Shown here one piece after another: positions 1 through 7,296 of a stretch of 24,000 bases of DNA. This DNA is from Tenuifilum thalassicum. GTDB taxonomy: Bacteria > Bacteroidota > Bacteroidia > Bacteroidales > Tenuifilaceae. The notes beneath the pieces are model-generated. The model saw nothing but the letters and a program-made list of their open reading frames with translations. It was not told the origin of the DNA and searched no databases. Within the stretch, counting starts at the first letter, position 1; each line of letters opens with the position of its first letter. The stretch covers positions 766,581 through 790,580 of the forward strand of contig NZ_CP041345.1 in assembly GCF_013265555.1 (NCBI RefSeq), read 5' to 3'. Position numbers and translations under genes: made by a program.

Positions 1-956
1 AGAGTAAGCTTTGCCCCTAGTAACGCAGTAGGAGTAAAATTTATTAGAGGCTCCTTGTGTAATCGCTGGAAAGAGACGAAAGCCGATACACTTGGTAAGA
101 AATTAGATTTGTTCAGCTTGAGCTGTAGCTTGCTTATGTTAACCTGATTATCAAGTATTTTCAGGTCGATATTTTTGCTTGGGTCAAAGGCTATATCATT
201 GGCATTTGGGTTATAGCGCGCTATCATTTCGGTTAGTTTATCGGATAAGATAAGGTTAGCGCTATCGGGCAGCCCTAGCTGAAGCTTCAGAAGTTTTACC
301 GATGAGCTCAGCTGGCGCTTTGTTTCGGCCGAAGAGTTTTCGAGTAACGAAACCGATACCCTAACCTGATCAACGGCTGTTTTGTCGGCAAAACCGGTTC
401 GGTAGAGCTGTTCCGTATCGTGGGCAATTCGCTTCAGGTTGGCCACGCTGGAGTCCATGATTTGCGATGTTTCTTGCAAAAGCAGAACGGTAAGATATCC
501 TGCGGTAACATTGGCTTTTATGTCCTGGTCGGTTTTTACCAAAGCATTTTCCGACAGGTTTTTGTAAGCCTTTGCGGCCTGAAGGCCAACAATGTAGGGG
601 CCGTTAAAAACAAGCTGCGAAATGGTTACGCTGTAGGTGGCGTTGGCCTTTTCCCCAACCTCTATTTGGGTGGGTTGGCCATCGGAACCGGGTAGCGTTA
701 GTTTCGGCAGGTCGTTCAGGATGTACTGGAAATCAACTCCGGCGCTAACCTGTGGCAGGCCTTGGGCCGTTGTCTCCCAAACCTTTTTCTTCGCTATCGT
801 CACATCGATAGCTGCATTCTTACGGGTGAGGTTATTGCTTAGGGCAAAAGCTTTTGCCTCATTCAGGGTAAAGGTGTAGCTGTTCTCCTGTCCAGCTGCA
901 CCGAGTGTAAACCCCACTGAAAACAGTAAGTAGGTTAACCTTTGTAGTGTTCTCAT
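1..956 (-). CDS. TolC-family outer membrane efflux protein, N-terminal ~318 codons (3' end runs off the window start)
   Basis: Absent from the ORF track because it is open to the window edge. My minus-strand translation from ATG 956..954 reads MRTLQRLTYLLFSVGFTLGAAGQENSYTFTLNEAKAFALSNNL...EQLYRTGFADKTAVDQVRVSVSLLENS... with no stop down to position 1. It has a signal peptide and TolC/OEP-like sequence resembling the 441-aa TolC at 16996. It lies 26 nt downstream of the TetR gene on the same strand. Confidence 0.8.
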   Translation of the reverse strand, partial: MRTLQRLTYLLFSVGFTLGAAGQENSYTFTLNEAKAFALSNNLTRKNAAIDVTIAKKKVWETTAQGLPQVSAGVDFQYILNDLPKLTLPGSDGQPTQIEVGEKANATYSVTISQLVFNGPYIVGLQAAKAYKNLSENALVKTDQDIKANVTAGYLTVLLLQETSQIMDSSVANLKRIAHDTEQLYRTGFADKTAVDQVRVSVSLLENSSAETKRQLSSSVKLLKLQLGLPDSANLILSDKLTEMIARYNPNANDIAFDPSKNIDLKILDNQVNISKLQLKLNKSNFLPSVSAFVSFQRLHKEPLINFTPTALLGAKLT

Positions 957-982
957 TCGTATTGGTTTATTTTTATTATTCA

Positions 983-1636
983 TTATATCGACTGGGTGAG
1001 AAATTCGGCATCGAAAAGCTCGTTTATGTCAAAATCTCTCATCTTGTGCTCCAAAAATTCAATCCCTTTCTGGTTGGCTATGCCCCTAATGTGATAGATA
1101 AAAACCTCCTTGAAAAAGTTCTCCGACGACATCTCGTCGAGCGTGAAGATGTCGTTGTCGATAAAGCTTTCGATTCTCGAAATTTGCAACCTTGCAATAA
1201 TGCTTGGGTTTAGGTCTGTCCTGTAAAAACCCTCTTTTTGTCCCTTTTCAATATTCGATATCACGCTTGATATCATCTTCTCGCGCCTGGCTTTGGTTAG
1301 CCTTTCGTATAGCAGCGGGTAATATTTTCTTAGGTCATATATGGTGGAAAGGTTAATTGCCTTCATTTTGTGGTTCAGTATTTTACTAACAATGAGTAGC
1401 TCCTCAATGGCGTTAAACCTATCCTTCTCCACGCAATTCATTCCCTTGTTAAGCTGCTCAATCTCATAATCGATAACCTTATCAACCAGCTCGTTCTTAT
1501 CGGTTACATACCTGTATAATGTTTTTTTTGAGATGCCAAGGTTTCGGGAAACGTCGTCCATGGTAACGCTTTTAATGCCATACTTGGCATACATCTCACG
1601 GACCTTCGCAACTATGTGATCGAACTCCTGATTCAT
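983..1636 (-). CDS. TetR/AcrR family transcriptional regulator
   Basis: 217-aa ORF. The N-terminal HTH (YGIKSVTMDDVSRNLGISKKTLYRYVTDKNELV) is typical of the TetR family. It heads an efflux operon (TolC gene follows). Confidence 0.9.
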   Translation of the reverse strand: MNQEFDHIVAKVREMYAKYGIKSVTMDDVSRNLGISKKTLYRYVTDKNELVDKVIDYEIEQLNKGMNCVEKDRFNAIEELLIVSKILNHKMKAINLSTIYDLRKYYPLLYERLTKARREKMISSVISNIEKGQKEGFYRTDLNPSIIARLQISRIESFIDNDIFTLDEMSSENFFKEVFIYHIRGIANQKGIEFLEHKMRDFDINELFDAEFLTQSI

Positions 1637-1876
1637 GACTGGTAAACTTTGGAAACAAAAGTAACAAAAAATGTTTCCATAGGTTGATGCGGCGATGGTT
1701 AAAAACTGTTATAACAACTGCGATGTTATGATAAGTGGCAGATAATGAGCGGCGAATTGGTGGGGTGAGGCTAAGATGCTCAGATAACACCCTAAAAATT
1801 TGTGGGGATAAAAAAAAGTAGCTAGATTTGAATTGATAAGGTAAAAATTGGTATTGCGTTGAGCCAAAAAATTTTG

Positions 1877-1884
1877 TAACTTTG
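1877..1884 (+). promoter_or_regulatory. Bacteroidetes-type -7 promoter box TAACTTTG
   Basis: Exact match to the Bacteroides primary-sigma -7 consensus TAnnTTTG. TTG-containing sequence sits about 20 nt upstream. It points into the CRISPR-like repeats and the terminator at 2102-2136. Confidence 0.45.
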
Positions 1885-1984
1885 CACCCCAAAAAAATGG
1901 TACCATTCTTTAGTGAAAAAGTGTTAAATTTCTTTAAATTCGGTTTGTATAATTCTGGTTCACAGCGATTTACAGATTTACCTA

Positions 1985-2087
1985 TCAGAGAGTAACGTCC
2001 ACTAAAACAAGGATTACGACTAGTCTTCCGTAGCATGGACATTGGCCCCCGCTTCGTCAGAGAGTAACGTCCACTAAAACAAGGATT
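1985..2087 (+). CRISPR. Orphan CRISPR-like mini-array: two identical 31-nt direct repeats, one spacer
   Basis: TCAGAGAGTAACGTCCACTAAAACAAGGATT occurs at 1985-2015 and 2057-2087, giving a 72-nt period. If the true repeat is 36 nt with a degenerate terminal copy, the spacer is 36 nt (2021-2056). No cas genes are in the window, and there are only two repeats, so confidence is limited. Confidence 0.4.
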
Positions 2088-2101
2088 TGATTAGAAATAG
2101 A

Positions 2102-2136
2102 AAGACGCTTTGCTTCTGAAAGAAGCAAAGCGTCTT
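2102..2136. terminator. Bidirectional rho-independent terminator
   Basis: Perfect 15-16 bp stem AAGACGCTTTGCTTC / GAAGCAAAGCGTCTT with a 3-5 nt loop. It is followed by GTATTTTC on the + strand and TTTCTATTTCT on the - strand. Confidence 0.65.
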
Positions 2137-2149
2137 GTATTTTCAACAC

Positions 2150-2530
2150 ATCGGACTCATCCCGATATTTCCGACTCATTCATCTAACTTCCTCTAACTT
2201 CCTTTAACTCCCTCATATTCCTAAACAAGAGAAGCCTTGACTACGCTCGGCATGACAAAAACTTCCAATTTCTTCCGATTATTTCCGAGTCATTCCGAGT
2301 CATTCTTTTAACTTCATCTAACTTCTTCTAACTCCCTTTAACTTCTTCTAACTCCTTCATATTCCTCAACAAGAGATGCTTCGGCAAGCTCAGCATGACA
2401 AAGGCTTCCGACTACTTCCGAATATTTCAGAATCATTCCGAATTATTCCTCTAACTTCCTCTAACTTCTTTTAACTTCCTCATATTCTTCAACCAGAAAT
2501 GCCTAGATTACGTTCGGCAAGACAAAGGCT
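2150..2530. repeat. Non-coding nested tandem repeat: 3 degenerate units (periods 143 and 124 nt) built from 10-nt and ~11-nt sub-repeats
   Basis: The anchor CATATTC(C/T) recurs at 2214, 2357 and 2481. Each unit carries 3, 5 and 3 copies of YYTAACTYCY, several TTCCGANTNATT copies, and a conserved tail ...AACAAGAGA(A/T)GC...GCATGACAAA. The third unit overlaps the last ~15 codons of the WYL gene. Confidence 0.75.
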
Positions 2531-3517
2531 TTCCTTAAGAGTATTCTGGAATTGTGCTCGAACATCTTCTGGTTCAAGAACCTCAATATCGGGACAAAAG
2601 TTTAGGAGAAGCGCAAAAAGCTCTTTATTAGGAATTACTTTAATACGAACCTCCAACTTATCGCCCACAAAACGGTGTTTTTGAGAGGGGTGTAATGGTT
2701 TTGTAATAACATATGGTGCCCTAGTTTTTGAGAAAAGCAGCTTAATTTCAACGGGTTCGGCATCGGCATAACGGGTCACGCCAACAATATCGTAAAAAAA
2801 CTCCTCCCAATCGGTTTCGGATTGAATATACTTAAGGGATGTCACCTCGATGCTAATAATTCTATCAAGAGCTAGATTCCAGTAAGGGTTATCCTCTTCC
2901 TGGTTGAATCCTAAAACAAACCACCTGTTATTGTACTCTTTTAGGTGGTATGGATGGTAGTGGAAGTATTTTGGTTCCTCGGCAAAATAGCGTTTATAAC
3001 CAATCCTAAGAACCTGCTGGTTAATAATGGCATTAAACAAAACGCCAAAATGCTCAAGTCCCTTCAAATCGCGATTAAAATCGAAGCTAACAACAGGATT
3101 GCCATTGCTTTGTAATCCGCCAAATTTATGTTGAAGCAGCGGTACAACCTCATACACCCAATCAAATTGAGGCATACCCTCAAATCGGGCTAAAACATCA
3201 ATGGCCGCCTTAATCTTTTCTATTTCTTCCTGTTTGATTGGAATATTATTTATGGAAAACTCCGGATTCGAATAGCGATAGAATTTTCTCCTGCCGTCTT
3301 GTATTCGTTCTATGTCGGCACTAAAACCCTCGCTGCTCTCCATGAAGTTTATATCATCTAGAACCTGTCTCTTGCTTACAGATTTAGAGGGATCAATATC
3401 TTGTAATACCTTATTAATCTCCTCAATTAAATCCTCAACGTAATACTTTCTGCCAGTATTCCTGAAGCATCGATCTAATACCTGATATCGAATTAAGGCA
3501 TTCTTGTTAATTGGCAT
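2489..3517 (-). CDS. WYL-domain transcriptional regulator (N-terminal HTH + WYL)
   Basis: The start MPINKNALIRYQVLDRCFRNTGRKYYVEDLIEEI is typical of Bacteroidetes HTH-WYL proteins. A WYL-like core is present (HLKEYNNRWFVLGFNQEEDNPYWNLALDRIISIEV). I prefer the ATG at 3517 over the track start at 3622, which would overlap the divergent gene at 3611. Confidence 0.8.
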   Translation of the reverse strand: MPINKNALIRYQVLDRCFRNTGRKYYVEDLIEEINKVLQDIDPSKSVSKRQVLDDINFMESSEGFSADIERIQDGRRKFYRYSNPEFSINNIPIKQEEIEKIKAAIDVLARFEGMPQFDWVYEVVPLLQHKFGGLQSNGNPVVSFDFNRDLKGLEHFGVLFNAIINQQVLRIGYKRYFAEEPKYFHYHPYHLKEYNNRWFVLGFNQEEDNPYWNLALDRIISIEVTSLKYIQSETDWEEFFYDIVGVTRYADAEPVEIKLLFSKTRAPYVITKPLHPSQKHRFVGDKLEVRIKVIPNKELFALLLNFCPDIEVLEPEDVRAQFQNTLKESLCLAERNLGISG

Positions 3518-3554
3518 AGCTGTATGAATTGATAAATATAAAGGTAATGAATTT

Positions 3555-3590
3555 TGCAGAAAGAGTGCACAGGTTGATATTTTCTTTGTA
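3555..3590 (+). promoter_or_regulatory. Operator/promoter module, degenerate copy (TGCAGAAAGAGTGCA-N8-TATTTTCTTTGTA)
   Basis: Same 15-8-13 nt architecture as the two near-identical copies at 4632-4667 and 15735-15770. It lies in the divergent WYL / paralog-1 intergenic region, 21 nt upstream of ATG 3611. Confidence 0.4.
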
Positions 3591-3610
3591 TCGTTCAGAT
3601 TCAAAATGCC

Positions 3611-4075
3611 ATGAGAAAGCAACTAATACTAATGGTTTTAATAATGGGCGCGGTAGGATGGGAAAGTCATGCTCAGATATTGTTGAACATTGACGAAATT
3701 ATTGAAAAATACGGACACCCTTTCGACAAAGAAAGTATTAACGACTCTATGTATTATATGGTTTATAGTTATGACCAGATTTATAATAAGCAAACCGATA
3801 TTATGCGCCTGAAAAGCGATTACGTAAAGCTGGGTATCATAAACAATCAAACAACCGAAATATGCATTGTGGTACTTCAGGAATACCCCTCTGCGTATTT
3901 ATATAAGGCTATAAATGTATTAAACAGCTATATGTATAAGCCAAAAAAAAACGACTTTATTTGGGTAAATCGTAAAAAGGGTACGGTAAAACGTATACTA
4001 TATGAAAAAGGGATGCAAACTTTTTATGTTGCAGAGTTATACTATGGTAATCACGTGATGGACATGTTGAAATAA
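3611..4075 (+). CDS. Small secreted protein, paralog 1 of 3 (unknown function)
   Basis: 154 aa with an N-terminal signal peptide (MRKQLILMVLIMGAVGWESHAQ). It shares the motif IDEIIEKYGHP and overall layout with the next two ORFs. Confidence 0.7.
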   Translation: MRKQLILMVLIMGAVGWESHAQILLNIDEIIEKYGHPFDKESINDSMYYMVYSYDQIYNKQTDIMRLKSDYVKLGIINNQTTEICIVVLQEYPSAYLYKAINVLNSYMYKPKKNDFIWVNRKKGTVKRILYEKGMQTFYVAELYYGNHVMDMLK

Positions 4076-4134
4076 TAAGAATTCAGGAAGGTAGAAAGGA
4101 TAAATTTTATTTAAATAAAACAACACCATAAACC

Positions 4135-4611
4135 ATGAGAAAGATTACACTAATAATGCTATTTCTCCTATCTGCTAAGGTGGGGCTATCGCAACTCTGG
4201 TTAACAGAAGATGAACTTATTAAAAGGTATGGAAAGCCTATTGAAAAGGGATATTTTGAAAAGATCCCTGATTTAGATTTGTACTACCTGATATTTGATT
4301 CAGAAAACGTAAACAAAACAAGCGAATACAAGTGTGAATACCTGAAAGCCTTCTTGCCAATAGATACTTCCATAGTTAACTATTGCTTTTGGGTTGAAGC
4401 TAAGTATCCTATTAAATACATCTACTCCTTCATTGAAAACTACAATAAAAAATATAGTAGACCTTTAAAGGAAGACTTGAAATGGATTGACTATAACGAA
4501 GCTGTTTGGCACTATTTATACATTACCGCTGAAGAAGACTACTTTTTAGCTGTAGATATGGTTGACTTTGAATTGCTAATAAGGGAAGAAAAAAGTGATT
4601 ATGACTACTAA
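4135..4611 (+). CDS. Small secreted protein, paralog 2 of 3
   Basis: 158 aa with signal peptide MRKITLIMLFLLSAKVGLSQ and the motif EDELIKRYGKP. Confidence 0.7.
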   Translation: MRKITLIMLFLLSAKVGLSQLWLTEDELIKRYGKPIEKGYFEKIPDLDLYYLIFDSENVNKTSEYKCEYLKAFLPIDTSIVNYCFWVEAKYPIKYIYSFIENYNKKYSRPLKEDLKWIDYNEAVWHYLYITAEEDYFLAVDMVDFELLIREEKSDYDY

Positions 4612-4631
4612 AAATAATTTGTATCAAACTA

Positions 4632-4667
4632 TGCAGAAAGGCTGCATCATTCACCCCCAACTTTGCA
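4632..4667 (+). promoter_or_regulatory. Operator/promoter module TGCAGAAAGGCTGCA-N8-CCCCAACTTTGCA
   Basis: The 15-mer palindromic box and the 13-mer containing a -7-like AACTTTG are identical to the minus-strand copy at 15735-15770, with the same 8-nt spacer length. It lies 25 nt upstream of ATG 4692. Confidence 0.6.
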
Positions 4668-4691
4668 ACGTAACAATTAAATCATGAAGCC

Positions 4692-5102
4692 ATGAATAAG
4701 ATACTGATAGCTTTGTTTGTACTGACATGGGCGCTTCCTGGCAAAACACAGCTAGGATATACCCTTGAGGAAATCATACAAAAGTATGGCGATAACTACT
4801 CCGTAGGATATAATTCCGATAGCTTATTCTATGCCATTTTTGAAAATGTGAAAGCAGGTCGTTCCGAAAAGAAAACTGTTATGATAACTTTATTCAATTC
4901 CGATAGAAAAGATGCCATTTGCATTGGCAAATTGATTGTTTATAGTCTTGATGAGATCAATGAAGCAGTCGACAAGTTTAATAAGAAATATGTTAAGAAA
5001 TCGGAGTTGGAGTGGAAGGACTACGAAAATGGTATTTTATACATTATTGATATTGACAGAAACAGAGGCTTATTTACAATAACAAGTTTAATCGATTTAT
5101 AG
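4692..5102 (+). CDS. Small secreted protein, paralog 3 of 3
   Basis: 136 aa with signal peptide MNKILIALFVLTWALPGKTQ and the motif LEEIIQKYGDNY. Confidence 0.7.
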   Translation: MNKILIALFVLTWALPGKTQLGYTLEEIIQKYGDNYSVGYNSDSLFYAIFENVKAGRSEKKTVMITLFNSDRKDAICIGKLIVYSLDEINEAVDKFNKKYVKKSELEWKDYENGILYIIDIDRNRGLFTITSLIDL

Positions 5103-5104
5103 CC

Positions 5105-5434
5105 ATGGGTGTATATGCAGTTAATTTGGATGAGGGCACCTTTACCCAGGACAAGGATACCTACAAGAATAGGTTAATGGACCCCCAATGGAAGACACGC
5201 AAGGAGGAAATACTAAAGCGCGATGGATATCGGTGTGTGGTTTGTGGTAGTACCGAAAACCTTGAGGTGCATCATAGGCAGTATCATTACCTGATTGCAG
5301 CAGGCCGTTACCGCGACCCTTGGGATTACGACGACCACATACTGATTACACTTTGCAAGGAATGCCACTCCGATGGACATACGCATTATAAAGTACCAGT
5401 AATATTTATTGATAAAACTAATAAAATTGTATAG
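5105..5434 (+). CDS. Small HNH (His-Me finger) nuclease-like protein
   Basis: 109 aa. The sequence RDGYRCVVCGSTENLEVHHRQYH...ITLCKECHSDGH gives CxxC...HH...CxxCH zinc/HNH spacing. The start is 2 nt after the preceding stop. Confidence 0.75.
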   Translation: MGVYAVNLDEGTFTQDKDTYKNRLMDPQWKTRKEEILKRDGYRCVVCGSTENLEVHHRQYHYLIAAGRYRDPWDYDDHILITLCKECHSDGHTHYKVPVIFIDKTNKIV

Positions 5435-5436
5435 CT

Positions 5437-6024
5437 ATGGCAATATTCAACCTATTTAGAAGAAAAATAAGCAACGAAGCAGCAAATAGCTCAACTGCGG
5501 CATCTGCCACCTCACCGGTTGCAACTAACCAACCACCAAGGGTTCCTAAAGAGATTTTCATTGAAGAAAATGGCCCAGAAAACAGGTCGTTAACTTTCAA
5601 ATCTAATGGGCAAAAGGTGGGAATTGATCTAATATACGACTACCTACAGGTGGACTTTGAACGTAAAGGCTATGAGGATGCCATCACCCATCCTGATGAA
5701 AGCTACAAAAACGACAATATCAATCTTTTAAAGATGGACCTGGCCATATTAGTTCAAAAAGTTGACAGCTACTACACCGAGCGGCTAAAGGAGCTCGATT
5801 TCCACATCGAATCGCGGAAACGTTCAGGACTGGTTGACCTGGTAATGGAGCTAAACTCGCAAAAAGAAGTTGTTCTAAGCCATATGGAAAGACTAAATGG
5901 CATTAAGAACGACATTGAGACTGGTAACGGAATAACCAAACGGGTTGAGCTATCGTATCAGCGTGGTTTTTCACGTGGTCTTTCGTCCATAACTAAATCA
6001 AAATTTATGAACCAAAAACTTTAG
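5437..6024 (+). CDS. Hypothetical protein (low-complexity N-terminus, predicted coiled-coil)
   Basis: 195-aa ORF starting 2 nt after the HNH stop. I recognise no family motif. Confidence 0.6.
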   Translation: MAIFNLFRRKISNEAANSSTAASATSPVATNQPPRVPKEIFIEENGPENRSLTFKSNGQKVGIDLIYDYLQVDFERKGYEDAITHPDESYKNDNINLLKMDLAILVQKVDSYYTERLKELDFHIESRKRSGLVDLVMELNSQKEVVLSHMERLNGIKNDIETGNGITKRVELSYQRGFSRGLSSITKSKFMNQKL

Positions 6025-6038
6025 CTATGTGTGTCGAT

Positions 6039-6117
6039 TGCAGGGGGCTCCAAACTATTTGGATAGTTTGAGAAATGAAAAGTGTGTATTGTTAAAACTT
6101 GTTCCCCCTGCATTTTT
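6039..6117 (+). terminator. Long structured terminator-like element
   Basis: TGCAGGGGG (6039-6047) pairs with CCCCCTGCA (6104-6112) and is followed by T5. An inner hairpin CAAACTA/TAGTTTG is present. It lies directly after the 195-aa gene. Confidence 0.4.
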
Positions 6118-6159
6118 AAATTATTAAACTATTCACATTAACTTTAATATTATTGTAAA

Positions 6160-7116
6160 ATGAGAGATCTTTGGCTAAAAACAAGCTGCTTTTTCACTGG
6201 ATTCAACTACCAAATAGTAAAAAACTCGAGTGAGGCTGCTGCTAAAATGGTAAAAAAGAACATGTCGGCGCTAATCATTATCAGCATACTTTGGGCATTT
6301 ATTGGATTTAACTTTACTTCGCGCTACTTGCATGGCAATACGCTAACCTCGCTTATTGTAGCATTGGTAATGGTTGTTGTAGTTATTCAAATTGAAAGGC
6401 AGATACTGTTAAATGTAACAAACTCAAAAGGTGCAATTACTTTTCGAACTATTATTGGTGTAATCATGGCCTTTATTGGTTCAATAATTATTGACCAAAT
6501 CATTTTCAAGGACGATATAGAGCAAGGCCAGATGGCAACAGTACAGCAAAGGGTTAACCGGATTTTACCCATGAAGACTACCGAGCTGAAAGAGCAAATA
6601 GCTCAGATAGCCAATGCAATAGAAAGCAAAGAGGCGGAAAGAAATCAGATATTAGTGGAACTGGGCAAGAATCCTACCATCAGCACCCCAACCTCCGTTG
6701 GCAAATACGAAAAGGATAGTACCGGCAAAATGGTTATGGTTGGCCGGGAGGTAACCTACCAGTCGGTACCTAACCCTAAAGCTAGCTTGATCCCCCAGAT
6801 TGATGACCAGCTCGCTCAGCTAAGAACCGATTTGGCAAAAAAGGAGGAGTTGCTGCTAAACATTCGCAGCGAGATTGAAAAGGAGATGCAATCAAAAACA
6901 GGTTTCCTCGACGAGCTAACCGCTCTTTATAAAATTGCTACCTCCTCTTTTGTATCAATTTTTGTTTGGATGCTATTTTTCCTCTTTTTCGCATCAATGG
7001 AGCTGTTCATATTGGTAAATAAAATTAGCGATAACCATACCGATTACGAGGATATTATAATGCACCAAATGAGGGTCAGAATGAAGCAGCTTGAGAAGCT
7101 ATCGGAAACTGTTTAA
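6160..7116 (+). CDS. DUF4407-like membrane protein (N-terminal TM helices, central coiled-coil, C-terminal TM)
   Basis: 318 aa. The start LWLKTSCFFTGFNYQIVKNSSEAAAKM is followed by hydrophobic helices, a long charged coiled-coil and a C-terminal hydrophobic segment (FVSIFVWMLFFLFFASMELFILV). This matches my recollection of the DUF4407 layout; no HMM was run. Confidence 0.55.
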   Translation: MRDLWLKTSCFFTGFNYQIVKNSSEAAAKMVKKNMSALIIISILWAFIGFNFTSRYLHGNTLTSLIVALVMVVVVIQIERQILLNVTNSKGAITFRTIIGVIMAFIGSIIIDQIIFKDDIEQGQMATVQQRVNRILPMKTTELKEQIAQIANAIESKEAERNQILVELGKNPTISTPTSVGKYEKDSTGKMVMVGREVTYQSVPNPKASLIPQIDDQLAQLRTDLAKKEELLLNIRSEIEKEMQSKTGFLDELTALYKIATSSFVSIFVWMLFFLFFASMELFILVNKISDNHTDYEDIIMHQMRVRMKQLEKLSETV

Positions 7117-7121
7117 AAAGT

Positions 7122-7147
7122 TTGCGCAAGGCCTAGGCCTTGCGCAA
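7122..7147. terminator. Bidirectional terminator between convergent genes
   Basis: Perfect 26-nt palindrome TTGCGCAAGGCCTAGGCCTTGCGCAA between the + gene ending at 7116 and the - operon ending at 7297. Confidence 0.6.
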
Positions 7148-7296
7148 CTCTGTATACTTTTCTTTCCCCAATAAGCTTATCCAATTAGTTTATATCATTT
7201 CGATTTCTGTTTGATTGAAAGTTGTAATTTTATTGTATCTAAAAACTTTTTTATTACCAAACTTTTATGTTTGTGGATTATGGGTTATCAAATTTA

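Noticed and set aside
420-879. Track ORFs 420-695 and 637-879 on the + strand
   Set aside because: They lie antisense to a long open minus-strand frame with clear TolC-like sequence (1-956). They use GTG/ATG starts with no supporting features and are shadow ORFs.
947-1213. Track ORF 947-1213 (+)
   Set aside because: It is antisense to the well-supported TetR gene (983-1636) and has no recognisable motif.
1897-1995. 32-codon ORF (MVPFFSEKVLNFFKFGLYNSGSQRFTDLPIRE) downstream of the 1877 promoter, ending inside repeat 1
   Set aside because: It is too short and featureless to support as a gene. It is noted only because a leader peptide cannot be excluded without ribosome profiling.
1596-2042. 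Track ORFs 1596-2042 and 1709-1906 (-)
   Set aside because: They run through intergenic sequence, the promoter box and the first CRISPR-like repeat, and overlap the TetR start. Their composition is low-complexity and looks non-coding.
1985-2087. Type III toxin-antitoxin (ToxI-like repeat RNA) interpretation of the two repeats
   Set aside because: ToxIN-type loci have the repeat RNA, a terminator and then a same-strand toxin ORF. Here only non-coding tandem repeats and an opposite-strand WYL gene follow the terminator.
3518-3622. 35-codon N-terminal extension of the WYL ORF (track start 3622)
   Set aside because: The extension would overlap the divergent gene starting at 3611 and the shared promoter region. 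The conserved family N-terminus begins at MPINKNAL (ATG 3517).
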